Positions 1 through 9,413 of a DNA stretch of 41,663 nucleotides are shown here, piece after piece. Below the pieces are notes generated by a model. The model saw only the letters and a program-made list of their open reading frames with translations, did no database searches and was not told where the DNA came from. The position numbers and the translations under genes are program-made. The DNA comes from Candidatus Omnitrophota bacterium (GTDB lineage Bacteria; Omnitrophota; Gorgyraeia; Zapsychrales; JBDRMG01): assembly GCA_043812495.1 (NCBI GenBank), contig JBDRMG010000017.1, positions 1 through 41,663 on the forward strand. Direction: 5' to 3'. How positions within the stretch are numbered: position 1 is the first letter of the stretch; each line of letters starts with the position of its first letter.

Positions 1-1225
1 TTCTGAAAGACTTAAAGAATATGAACACCCATGACGGAAAGGCAACACCCCAGAAAGCCAAGCCATAGCCTCCTTGAAACGTCGCTAAACTTTTATCATG
101 GACGCATAACTCATAGAGATTGTAAAAGATTCCCTTTATAAATTGAGAAATCTTTAGCTCATTGCCGGTATAATCAAAGGCAGTGCCACCAGCATTTAAA
201 CGCAAAATATCTACAGGGTAGGTAGGATTGCCCAACACCGCATAATTGCGAATATACCAATAGCCTCCGGCAGCCAAAATGCACAATAGATAAAGAAATA
301 AATGTTTCCTGGGTTTTTTAAGTAATCTGGGAATAATGAGAAACTGTAAGCTGATCGCGAATATCGGCATATAATATTTCATACCGAATGTCAGGCCAAT
401 CGCCCATGCCGCAAAATACAAATCCCGAAGCCGGCCTTCCCGATAAAATCTGATAGCCAAATAAAGGCTTATCAAGAAAAAGGCTGTTATGATAACTTCA
501 ATAAGATTAGTTCCGGCTTGAAATAATACAACTGGCGTAAAGAAAAACAAGAAGCTAAGTAAGAGAGATATCTTTCTGTCTTGTCCCAGCTCTCTTGCCA
601 GAGCAAAGACCGTTATCATACCCAAAACAGCATAAATATACTGCACACAATCAACATAGAGTTGGCTATGAAAGAATATCGCCGGCCACATAAATAAAAG
701 TTCGGCACTAAAAGCAAAAGCAAAGTTACATCGCAAAGATACGGGAAGAAGGCCTAATTTTCCTGTCTGAATGGCTTCATAAATTGGAGGCAAATGATAG
801 ATTATTCCGTCAACATCTCTGGGGGGATAAAAATAAGCAGCCAGAAACATCCAAAGGGAAGTAAAAATAAATAAAATGGAAAGAAAAACTATCTCGGGTG
901 AAGTGAAATTTCTTAAACAGGATTGAAGCGCTTTAAAATCTTGTTTGACCAAGCGAGCCAGATCGATATTGCATTTCCTTGAATAAATATAAACTCCGGC
1001 AATAAGCGTGCAAGATATCAAACTGTTGACTAAGATGAGGTTAGGCAGAAAGATTTTTCCACAAGCGCCTAAGATAAGCTCGCTAAAAATAATTTGCGTT
1101 GAAACCAGGAGGCCGACAAAGATGCATCGATCATAAGTTCTTTCGACTTTTAAAGCAAAAGTAAGGAAATAGACGCCTGACAGAACAAAAAAATTAGTCA
1201 ATAAATAGATGAGATAGCTATTCAT
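1..1225 (-). CDS. Polytopic membrane protein, probable GT-C fold glycosyltransferase (ArnT/PMT-like); 3' end outside window
   Basis: Not in the ORF track because it is truncated. Manual translation from ATG at 1225 (MNSYLIYLLTNFFVLSG...) gives many TM segments, a 'PPRDVDGIIYHLP' loop and 'WYIRNYAVLGNPTYP', both typical of GT-C membrane glycosyltransferases. Confidence 0.65.
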   Translation of the reverse strand, partial: MNSYLIYLLTNFFVLSGVYFLTFALKVERTYDRCIFVGLLVSTQIIFSELILGACGKIFLPNLILVNSLISCTLIAGVYIYSRKCNIDLARLVKQDFKALQSCLRNFTSPEIVFLSILFIFTSLWMFLAAYFYPPRDVDGIIYHLPPIYEAIQTGKLGLLPVSLRCNFAFAFSAELLFMWPAIFFHSQLYVDCVQYIYAVLGMITVFALARELGQDRKISLLLSFLFFFTPVVLFQAGTNLIEVIITAFFLISLYLAIRFYREGRLRDLYFAAWAIGLTFGMKYYMPIFAISLQFLIIPRLLKKPRKHLFLYLLCILAAGGYWYIRNYAVLGNPTYPVDILRLNAGGTAFDYTGNELKISQFIKGIFYNLYELCVHDKSLATFQGGYGLAFWGVAFPSWVFIFFKSFR

Positions 1226-1261
1226 GCGGCTTTTCTTCTAAAAATCCAAAAAGCTTTATAT

Positions 1262-2767
1262 TTACTTTCTTTGTGTTTCTAGTCTGGGGAACAACGCATC
1301 GTGAGTTTTAAGTTCTGTGCCGGATTTTAAATCGCCCCATCGAGGCAAAGAGTCCTGAGCGCCTAAAATGTCCAAAACAGTTTCGCATTTTCTCGGCATG
1401 ACCGATGAAAGCAAGATGGTAGAGATACGCAGGGCTTCTGTGGCTGTATAAAGAATCGTTCCGGCGCGCGCCAAGTCATCCTTGGCCACTTTCCAGGGTG
1501 CCGCATGCTCAAGATAACGATTGACCTTGCGAACAAATTGAAGAATCTCTTCGATCGCTTCGTTCATATGCATACCTGAAATCAATTCCTGGATGTGGGC
1601 AACTAACGGACCAGCCGCCTGTTGAATATCATCTTCAGCTTGCGTAAGTGTTGAAGCTTGAGGAATACACTTGTTGAAATATTTCCCAATCAAACCGCTG
1701 ACGCGATTTAAGAGATTTCCGAAATCATTAGCCAAATCGCTGTTGTAGCGTTTGATAAAGGATTCTAAGGTAAAATTGGCATCCTGGCCCAAGACCATTT
1801 CTCTCATCAAATAATAACGCACAGGGTCAACACCGTACTGATCAACCAAATCTAAAGGATCAACAATATTGCCGAGCGATTTGCTCATTTTGGCATCGCC
1901 TGTGAGCCACCAGCCATGGGCAAAAATGCTTTGAGGCAAAGGCAATTCCAGAGAAAAAAGCATGGTCGGCCAATAGACACAATGGGTCGTCAGAATATCT
2001 TTGCCGATCAGATGGACAGAAACAGGCCACCATTTTTGAAATTTTTCTTGATCAGAACCGAAACCAACGCCCGTGATGTAATTCAACAGGGCATCAAACC
2101 ACACATAGGTCACGTAGTCTTTGTCAAAAGGCAGCTCGACACCCCAGCTCATTCTGGATTTTGGCCGAGAAATACACAAATCGCCCAAGGGTTGCTTCAA
2201 AAACCCGAGGATTTCGTTGCGGCGATGCGCCGGCTGAATAAAGGCAGGGTGCTGTTCAATGTGATCCATAAGCCTTTGTTGATATTGGCTCATCCGGAAA
2301 AACCAGTTGCGTTCTTTGAGATTGCGCACATCGCGAAACTGGCCTGATTCTTTTTCGTTTTGCGTGATAAACCGTTCTTCCGCGACCGAATACCAGCCTT
2401 CGTACTCGGATTGATAGATATCACCTTTCTTATACACTTTTAAAAGCGCGTCCTGAACGACCTTGACATGACGGGGTTGCGTGGTGCGAATAAAATCGTC
2501 ATAACGAATTTCTAATTTATCCCAAAGCTGCATAAATCTCGGTGCCAGATCATTGCAATGATCTTGAGGCGAAAACCCGCGGCGTTCGGCAGCCTGCTGG
2601 ACCTTTTGGCCGTGTTCATCCAAGCCTGTCAAGAAGAAGACATCGCATCCGGCCGTTCGATGATAACGCGAAAGAACATCCGCCAGAATCGTCGTATAGG
2701 CATGGCCGATGTGCGGATTATCATTCACATAGTAAATGGGCGTAGTTACATAGAACTTAGTTTTCAT
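1262..2767 (-). CDS. metG: Methionine--tRNA ligase (short form, no C-terminal tRNA-binding domain)
   Basis: YVTTPIYYVN, HIGH, YVWFDAL and KMSKS motifs. Confidence 0.97.
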   Translation of the reverse strand: MKTKFYVTTPIYYVNDNPHIGHAYTTILADVLSRYHRTAGCDVFFLTGLDEHGQKVQQAAERRGFSPQDHCNDLAPRFMQLWDKLEIRYDDFIRTTQPRHVKVVQDALLKVYKKGDIYQSEYEGWYSVAEERFITQNEKESGQFRDVRNLKERNWFFRMSQYQQRLMDHIEQHPAFIQPAHRRNEILGFLKQPLGDLCISRPKSRMSWGVELPFDKDYVTYVWFDALLNYITGVGFGSDQEKFQKWWPVSVHLIGKDILTTHCVYWPTMLFSLELPLPQSIFAHGWWLTGDAKMSKSLGNIVDPLDLVDQYGVDPVRYYLMREMVLGQDANFTLESFIKRYNSDLANDFGNLLNRVSGLIGKYFNKCIPQASTLTQAEDDIQQAAGPLVAHIQELISGMHMNEAIEEILQFVRKVNRYLEHAAPWKVAKDDLARAGTILYTATEALRISTILLSSVMPRKCETVLDILGAQDSLPRWGDLKSGTELKTHDALFPRLETQRK

Positions 2768-3551
2768 CGCTTCTGGGGAAGTTCATCTTTATGGTTTTTC
2801 CTTCGCCGATATCCACGCTGACCAGTCGCTTAAGGACATTGACGTCAAAGACGCGGCCTTTACCTTCCAGTGTCGTGATCTTTTCACCCGGCCTCGGTAA
2901 ATTCTTGGCAAATTCTTTATAGACAGAAAACTCATAGGCCATGCAGCATTTGATGCGTCCGCAGACACCGGCGATTTTTGAAGGATTCAGCGGAAGATTT
3001 TGCTCTTTGGCCATTTTAATGGACAAAGCATGAAAGCCTTTCATATAGGATGAACAACATTGCTCCAGACCGCAAATTCCGAATCCGCCGATAATTTTGG
3101 CCTTATCCCGGACGCCGATTTGCCTTAATTCAATCCTGACTTTAAAAATCTTGGCTAAATCTTTGACCAGCGCGCGGAAATCCACGCGACCCTCTGATGT
3201 GAAAAAGAAAATGACTTTACTCGCATCAAAGGTATATTCAGACTTCACAATCTGCATGTCGAGCTTTCGCTCATCAATACTTTTAAGGCAGACATCAATG
3301 GCCTCTTTGGCCTTTTGTTGATTCTCTTTTATCCTCGTTTGATCGTCCGCGGTCGCCACCCTCAAAACTTGACCCTCGGATTCCTGGTCAATATGCTCCT
3401 CGGCTTGAACATTGGAGATCACAGCGCCGTATTCCATGCTGCGATCCACCTGCACAATCACGCAATCATCCCGATTGCAGTCTATATTGTTGAGATCGCA
3501 TAAAGAGACAGGCCCGAATTCACCGATCTTGACTTGAATTAATTTTGCCAT
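2757..3551 (-). CDS. ricT: PSP1-domain protein RicT/YaaT (Fe-S regulatory subunit)
   Basis: RVDFRALVKDLA, RIELRQIGVRD, GICG..CC and CGRIKCC motifs; holB-yaaT-metG synteny. Confidence 0.9.
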   Translation of the reverse strand: MAKLIQVKIGEFGPVSLCDLNNIDCNRDDCVIVQVDRSMEYGAVISNVQAEEHIDQESEGQVLRVATADDQTRIKENQQKAKEAIDVCLKSIDERKLDMQIVKSEYTFDASKVIFFFTSEGRVDFRALVKDLAKIFKVRIELRQIGVRDKAKIIGGFGICGLEQCCSSYMKGFHALSIKMAKEQNLPLNPSKIAGVCGRIKCCMAYEFSVYKEFAKNLPRPGEKITTLEGKGRVFDVNVLKRLVSVDIGEGKTIKMNFPRSDEN

Positions 3552-4516
3552 ATTCTCTCCTTAAGAAGTGTCAGGGCCATTTTGACGTTAAGATTTTCCT
3601 TCAATAATTTTGAAGTCGCAACAAGATCATGGAGAGTGCGTTCGGTCTGATCCCATGAGTATTTTTTCTCGCTTCTTATCAAATCGTCGATGCGGTCCTG
3701 ATGAATAAGCTGAGTCTTATGAATATGCAATTTGAGCAAGAGGATATCTCTGAACCAGCTCAAGAGAACATTCAGGGTTTCCTGGATATCTTCTTTTTCC
3801 TGACCCGCGAGGAAGTCACGGGCAAACGTTTCGCTCAAAGGCGCAAAGATAAAATGGTCGATCATAGTATTTTTCTTTTCTAGAAACTTCTGATCGTAAA
3901 GGATAAGCGCCCTTTTGGAGCAACCTTGGGCGAAGGTGGCAAGAAAATGACTCGACGCCTCAGAGAGCTGATAATCGTTTCTTAATTGATCCTTCAACTG
4001 CCGGCAAGATAAAGGAAAGAAATTAATGACCTGACACCTGGATTTGATAGTGCTTAAAACTTTATCGGGAAACGTTGTCGTCGATAAAAGCAGACTTCTA
4101 TCCGAAGGTTCTTCCAAGGTTTTTAACAACGCATTGGCTCCCTCTAAGGTTAACTGGTCAATGCTTTTGATAATAAAAACCTTTCTTTTGGCCTCAAAGG
4201 GTTTCAGCTGGATTTCCTTCAGAAGTTGACGGACCTGATCAATCTTAATCTTGAGCGCATCTTCGGAACTGATCACATGAACATCCGGATGATTCCCGCG
4301 GTTGATTTTCACGCAGGATGGACAAACATCGCAATACCCATTGCTGGTGCTTTGTTCGCAGTTGACCAATTTGGCAACCCCTAAGGCTGTTTCTGATTTT
4401 CCGATATCCTGCGGCCCGACAAATAAATAAGCATGCGCCAGTTTTTGTTCTTGAATGAAGCAACGAAAACGCTTAAGGATATCTTGATGGCCTGAGGTTT
4501 CTTTAAGTTGTATCAT
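3539..4516 (-). CDS. holB: DNA polymerase III delta' subunit
   Basis: AHAYLFVGP, Zn cysteines (C..CDVCPSC), HPDVH, ANALLKTLEEP, TIKSRC; follows tmk. Confidence 0.93.
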   Translation of the reverse strand: MIQLKETSGHQDILKRFRCFIQEQKLAHAYLFVGPQDIGKSETALGVAKLVNCEQSTSNGYCDVCPSCVKINRGNHPDVHVISSEDALKIKIDQVRQLLKEIQLKPFEAKRKVFIIKSIDQLTLEGANALLKTLEEPSDRSLLLSTTTFPDKVLSTIKSRCQVINFFPLSCRQLKDQLRNDYQLSEASSHFLATFAQGCSKRALILYDQKFLEKKNTMIDHFIFAPLSETFARDFLAGQEKEDIQETLNVLLSWFRDILLLKLHIHKTQLIHQDRIDDLIRSEKKYSWDQTERTLHDLVATSKLLKENLNVKMALTLLKERIWQN

Positions 4517-5127
4517 TTGAGCAAACGATCAATATGGTCGCGGACAACTTTTTCGATCTTTCCCTTATCGCCGTCGACTCTAATAACTTTGATTCTTTTT
4601 GGATTCTTGCGGGCCAGCTGCAAGTAACCTTTTCTGACGCGCTTGTGATAGTCAAAGGATCTTTGTTCTATTCTGTCTTTATTGGCCCCTACGCGACGCA
4701 AGCCCTCTTGAGTCGAGAGATCAAAGACAAGAGTCAAATCCGGCTTGATCTGGGCTGTGGCAAAACGCCCAATTGCTCGGATGGCCTCAAGGTTGACACC
4801 GCACCCATACCCTTGGTACGCTAAAGTCGAATCCAGAAAACGATCACAGAGAACAATCTTTCCTTTTTTCAGGGAAGGAAGAATAATTTCTTCAACCAGT
4901 TGAGCGCGAGCCGCCATATACAGTAAGGTCTCAGAGGCCTTGCACATTTTCCTATTGCCGGGATCCAGAAGAATTGTTCTGATTTTCTCGCTGATAACCA
5001 CGCCGCCGGGCTCGCGGATCTGAATGACATTTTTCTTCTTGGAACGCAAGTACCGCACCAGAAGTTCCATTTGCGTGCTCTTGCCGGAGCCTTCCGCGCC
5101 TTCAAATGTAATGAATATCCCTTTCAT
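4513..5127 (-). CDS. tmk: Thymidylate kinase
   Basis: FITFEGAEGSGKSTQ P-loop, REPGG, DRFLDSTLAYQG. Confidence 0.97.
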   Translation of the reverse strand: MKGIFITFEGAEGSGKSTQMELLVRYLRSKKKNVIQIREPGGVVISEKIRTILLDPGNRKMCKASETLLYMAARAQLVEEIILPSLKKGKIVLCDRFLDSTLAYQGYGCGVNLEAIRAIGRFATAQIKPDLTLVFDLSTQEGLRRVGANKDRIEQRSFDYHKRVRKGYLQLARKNPKRIKVIRVDGDKGKIEKVVRDHIDRLLK

Positions 5128-6536
5128 ATCTTTTTTATTTTCTGACCTTCTTTTGTATCTTCGACAAGAATCCCTTTTTTGCTAAGTTGATCGCGTAGTT
5201 CATCCGCTCTCTGAAAATTCTTCTTCTTGCGTGCCAATTGTCTTTCCTCCAAAAGCTTCTTGACTTCCTCCGACAAGGAAATGTCTGATACGTCCGGGAT
5301 AACACCGAAAATGTTTAGCATTTTCTCAATGTAATCTCTGGCACAGCTAAGAACAAGTCTTTTGGGCTCACTATCTTCCTCGAGCATCTTGGTTTTGCAC
5401 CAATTAACGATAGCAAATAGCCATGAAAGAGCTTTGGGCGTGTTGAAATCATCATCCATCGATTCTAGAAATTTTGAGAACAACAACTCAGGCTCAATCC
5501 CCTTATCAAACTCACGAAGCCGCTCGATATACTTTTCTTGATAAATTCCTTTCAGTTCCCTTAAGACATCATTAAAGTCTTTGTAAGCATTCTCTGCAAT
5601 ATTCATTTTTTCTTGCGTATAATCAACCGCGCTTTGGTAGCGGGCAGAAAGAAAAAATAGCTTAAGGCTATTGGCATCATATTTACTAAGAGCGTCTTCA
5701 ATAGTAACAAAATTTCCCAGAGATTTCGCCATCTTCTGCCCGTTGATGGTCAAAAGCCCATGATGAATCCAGTATTTGGCAAATGGTTTTCCGGTCAAAG
5801 CCTCGGCCTGGGCAATTTCATTTTCATGGTGAGGAAAAATCAGGTCCTGTCCGCCGCCGTGGATATCAAGCGTTTCGCAATCTAAGTGTTTTAAGCTCAT
5901 CACAGAACACTCAATATGCCAGCCCGGGCGTCCTTGGCCCCATGGACTATCCCAGAAAGGCTCATTTTCCTTGGATTTCTTCCACAGCGCAAAATCCAAA
6001 GGATCTTTTTTCTTTGTATCTTTCTCGATACGAACGGCCTCCATCATCTGTTCGATGCTTTGGCCGGAAAGTTTCCCGTAATCTTTGAACTTCCGCACGC
6101 TAAAATACACATCACCGTCTTTTTCATAAGCATAGCCTTTGTCCATCAATGCCTTGATGTGTTCAATCATGCCGGGAATATTTTTCGTCGCCCGCGGCTC
6201 GCGAAGAACATCATACCGGATATCTAAATCCTTCAGGTCTTTCTGGTAGGAGTTGATATTTTCGTTAACGACCTCTTCCCAGCTTTTATTCAGCTCAACA
6301 GCCCGGTTGATAATTTTGTCGTCGATGTCGGTGATGTTGCGGATAAAATTGACTTGATAACCTCTGTATTCAAGATACCGCCAAATCACGTCAAATATAT
6401 ATAAACTCCGGGCATGACCGATATGACATTTGTCATAGACCGTAACCCCACAGGTGTACATATTCACGGTCTTGCCCTTACGGGGAACAAGTTCTTCTTT
6501 TTGTTTGGAGAGAGAATTATGAATGTAAACTGCCAT
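5124..6536 (-). CDS. cysS: Cysteine--tRNA ligase
   Basis: MYTCGVTVYD..HIGH, DFALWK, GRPGWHIECS, HHENE, KMAKS, MDDDFNTP. Confidence 0.97.
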   Translation of the reverse strand: MAVYIHNSLSKQKEELVPRKGKTVNMYTCGVTVYDKCHIGHARSLYIFDVIWRYLEYRGYQVNFIRNITDIDDKIINRAVELNKSWEEVVNENINSYQKDLKDLDIRYDVLREPRATKNIPGMIEHIKALMDKGYAYEKDGDVYFSVRKFKDYGKLSGQSIEQMMEAVRIEKDTKKKDPLDFALWKKSKENEPFWDSPWGQGRPGWHIECSVMSLKHLDCETLDIHGGGQDLIFPHHENEIAQAEALTGKPFAKYWIHHGLLTINGQKMAKSLGNFVTIEDALSKYDANSLKLFFLSARYQSAVDYTQEKMNIAENAYKDFNDVLRELKGIYQEKYIERLREFDKGIEPELLFSKFLESMDDDFNTPKALSWLFAIVNWCKTKMLEEDSEPKRLVLSCARDYIEKMLNIFGVIPDVSDISLSEEVKKLLEERQLARKKKNFQRADELRDQLSKKGILVEDTKEGQKIKKI

Positions 6537-6555
6537 AGGACGATAAGACGAGAAT

Positions 6556-7239
6556 TTATTTTCTCTTCAATTCATTCTCAAGTGAATCAATTCTTTTCTG
6601 CAGCTCGTCAATCTGCTGTTTGACAGGATCAAGGATGTGCACATGATCCATCATGGTATCGATTTTCCTGCCGTCTTGCTTGGTAACACGTCCGGGAACG
6701 CCGACAACGGTTGAATTGGGAGGAACATCATGAATAATGACGGCGTTTGCACCGATATACGAATTGTCACCGATCGCTATATTGCCAAGGATCTTCGCTC
6801 CGCTTCCGACAACGATATTGCTGCCTAAAGTCGGATGACGTTTTCCTGTTTCTTTTCCGGTTCCGCCGAGCGTAACGCCTTGAAAAAGAGTAACGTTATT
6901 ACCGACGATGGTTGTCTCCCCGATCACCACCCCCATGCCGTGATCAATAAAAAATCCTTGTCCGATTTGGGCGCCGGGATGGATTTCTATACCCGTGAAA
7001 AAGCGGGACAACTGAGACAAGGCCCTTGAGAAAAACGGCATGTTGAGTATCCACAGAAAATGAGCCATGCGATGTGACACAATGGCATGAAAGCCGGGAT
7101 AAAGAAAAATAATTTGCCAAGCATTTCTCGCCGCAGGATCTTTTTCTCTCGCTGCTTTGATTTCCTTGGCGAACGCTATCCTCACCAAAAGAACAAAAAG
7201 AACAAATAAACCAAACAGTACAAGAATAATATTGATCAT
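6556..7239 (-). CDS. cysE: Serine O-acetyltransferase with N-terminal hydrophobic extension
   Basis: DPAA, GIEIHPGA, IDHGMGVVIGET, LGGTGKETGKRHPT. Start placed at ATG 7239 (GAGGAG SD; ATGA overlap with the ispF stop). Confidence 0.93.
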   Translation of the reverse strand: MINIILVLFGLFVLFVLLVRIAFAKEIKAAREKDPAARNAWQIIFLYPGFHAIVSHRMAHFLWILNMPFFSRALSQLSRFFTGIEIHPGAQIGQGFFIDHGMGVVIGETTIVGNNVTLFQGVTLGGTGKETGKRHPTLGSNIVVGSGAKILGNIAIGDNSYIGANAVIIHDVPPNSTVVGVPGRVTKQDGRKIDTMMDHVHILDPVKQQIDELQKRIDSLENELKRK

Positions 7240-7721
7240 GGCGACTCCTCTTTTGCGCATAAAGCAACGGCGTAGGCGGCCATGGCTTCCTCGCGCACAC
7301 CGAAACCCACGCCTTCCTGGGTTGTGGCTTTGATATTGATCTGATCTTTCTTAATCGATAATGTTTTAGCAATGACGGAACGCATTTCGTCTTTGAAGGG
7401 TTGCAGTTTTGGTTCTTCTGCAAGAATAACGCTATCGATAGAGGAAACACGAAATCCTTTTTTAGCCAAGAGATCTTTGACGCGTGAAAGTAAGACAACG
7501 CTAGAGATATTTCGATAGGCCTCATCCGTGTTGGGAAAATGCTCCCCGATATCCCCTTCGCCGGCGGCACCCAAGAGCGCATCGCAGATTGCATGCAGAA
7601 GAATATCGGCATCCGAATGGCCGTCGAGCCCCAAGGCATAAGGAATCTCCACGCCGCCGAGAATAAGTTTTCTTCCCTTTTTCAGACGATGAATATCATA
7701 TCCCATGCCTACACGCTGCAT
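7236..7721 (-). CDS. ispF: 2-C-methyl-D-erythritol 2,4-cyclodiphosphate synthase
   Basis: RVGMGYDIH, GHSDAD..LHAICDALLGA, DIGEHFP, NIKATT. Confidence 0.97.
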   Translation of the reverse strand: MQRVGMGYDIHRLKKGRKLILGGVEIPYALGLDGHSDADILLHAICDALLGAAGEGDIGEHFPNTDEAYRNISSVVLLSRVKDLLAKKGFRVSSIDSVILAEEPKLQPFKDEMRSVIAKTLSIKKDQINIKATTQEGVGFGVREEAMAAYAVALCAKEESP

Positions 7722-7725
7722 AAAA

Positions 7726-8415
7726 TCACCTGCTGTTTTGATTGTCCAATAAGGCCTCCGCCAAGCGGAGATCTTCCTGGGTTGTTATTTTGATATTGTC
7801 GTAACGTCCTTGAATCATTTTGACGCGGATGCCTAATTTCTCCACCAATACAGCGTCGTCCGTAACATTTAAATCCTGATTTTCTTCATGCGCCTTGGCG
7901 ATGATATCTTTTGAAAAAATCTGCGGAGTTTGAACTTCCCATAACTGATTCCTATCGGGCGTCTTTCGGACCGTCATGTCGTGAACATTGATTTCTTTAA
8001 TCGTAGGTTTCACAGGCACACCCACCACAACAGCTTTCTCTTTTTGCGCTAAGATAATCGCTTCCCGCACCAGTTCTTTTCTAGCAAAAGGCCGCACGCC
8101 ATCATGAATAAGGACATAGGATGTTTTCTCATCTAAATTTTTTAAACCGTTACGAACCGATTGGCAACGCGTTGGACCTCCCTCAACGATTCTTACGCTC
8201 TTGTTGATTTTATATTTATTCAATGCGCGCTTAAATTCATCGACATGCTCACGGCTCACAACAAGAATCACGCTGTCTATCAGAGCAACTTCGTCAAAGA
8301 CCTGAAGGCAATAAATGAATAAGGGTTTTTTCTTAAGGTTAATAAGCGGCTTTACGACGGGCCCCGGCAATCGGCTTCCCGGGCCTGCGGCCACGACGAT
8401 AGCTTGCGTGCTCAT
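7726..8415 (-). CDS. ispD: 2-C-methyl-D-erythritol 4-phosphate cytidylyltransferase
   Basis: AAG.GSR, VLIHDGVRPF, VQTPQ, TDDA, NIKITT.EDL. Confidence 0.96.
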   Translation of the reverse strand: MSTQAIVVAAGPGSRLPGPVVKPLINLKKKPLFIYCLQVFDEVALIDSVILVVSREHVDEFKRALNKYKINKSVRIVEGGPTRCQSVRNGLKNLDEKTSYVLIHDGVRPFARKELVREAIILAQKEKAVVVGVPVKPTIKEINVHDMTVRKTPDRNQLWEVQTPQIFSKDIIAKAHEENQDLNVTDDAVLVEKLGIRVKMIQGRYDNIKITTQEDLRLAEALLDNQNSR

Positions 8416-9398
8416 TTATTATTCTGTGGTTTGGCAAAAATCATTTTTCCAGCCTGGGTCTGCAGCACAGAGGTCACGATGACCTTCATTTTCTGCCCGA
8501 TATATCTTCTGGCATCACTCACCACAATCATAGTGCCGTCATCCAAATACGCCACAGCCTGGTTAGGTTCCTTGCCTTCTTTCAGCAATCTCACATCCAT
8601 TATTTCACCAGGAAAAACAATCGATTTAACGGCATTGGCTAGTTCATTTACATTCATGATCGTCACCCCTTGAATAGTGGCGATACGGTTCAAATTAAAA
8701 TCCGTCGTGCATATCCTTGCTTCCATGAGTTTAGCCAGCCTGATCAATTTGGCATCCGTTTCTTCGTTCGTTAAGCCTTCGTCTTCATGAATCTTGACAT
8801 CCAGAGAAGAATCTTTCTGCATAGAACGTAGAATCTCCATGCCTCGTCGACCCCGCTGGCGCTTATTGGAGTCTTCCGAGTCAGCAATGTGCTGCAATTC
8901 CTGCAAAATAAATCTGGGCACAACTATCCTGGCTTCAAAAAATTTCGTTTTGCAGACATCGGCAATCCGTCCATCGATAATAGAACTTGTATCCAAAAGC
9001 ACAACGTCTTGCCTCAAATCCTGTCGCTTAAAGCGAACATAGGGAATAATAAGATTAAACTCGTCCTTCCCTCGCAGTGCCATGACGGCACCCAAATAAG
9101 AAAACGTCAGAGTCAGTACAACCTTGAGGATGGAATGAACAACGTCGCCTAAAGGTAAAAGGGACAAAATGTCCGTAATCAATTTAGCCATAATCATGCC
9201 GAGGATAAGACCAAAAACCATACTCGATAAACCGCTAACGGAAACCCGACGCATATTAGCCTCAAGAAATATCAATCCGAGCCCGGCCAAGCATCCAAAG
9301 CCCACACCTATAAGAGGTTGATCGCTGATCAGACCGATCTGATACCCCACGGTTCCGCTAATGATAAGAAAGAAAACCCGAACAAAAATTAAAGTCAT
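8412..9398 (-). CDS. Membrane PIN/TRAM-domain protein (YacL-like)
   Basis: Four N-terminal TM helices, LDTSSIIDGRI PIN motif, C-terminal TRAM (GKEPNQAVAYLDDGTMIVV, VTSVLQTQAGKMIFA). Start moved to ATG 9398 behind an AAGGGGAG SD. Confidence 0.92.
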   Translation of the reverse strand: MTLIFVRVFFLIISGTVGYQIGLISDQPLIGVGFGCLAGLGLIFLEANMRRVSVSGLSSMVFGLILGMIMAKLITDILSLLPLGDVVHSILKVVLTLTFSYLGAVMALRGKDEFNLIIPYVRFKRQDLRQDVVLLDTSSIIDGRIADVCKTKFFEARIVVPRFILQELQHIADSEDSNKRQRGRRGMEILRSMQKDSSLDVKIHEDEGLTNEETDAKLIRLAKLMEARICTTDFNLNRIATIQGVTIMNVNELANAVKSIVFPGEIMDVRLLKEGKEPNQAVAYLDDGTMIVVSDARRYIGQKMKVIVTSVLQTQAGKMIFAKPQNNK

Positions 9399-9413
9399 AC
9401 AACTCCCCTTTCT

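Noticed and set aside
6944..7639. 231-aa minus-strand ORF overlapping ispF and cysE
   Set aside because: Alternative frame of two conserved genes; no independent evidence of coding.
6537..7725. T-box leader for cysE-cysS as in Bacillus
   Set aside because: The genes are translationally coupled or separated by under 20 nt; there is no room for one and no T-box motif.
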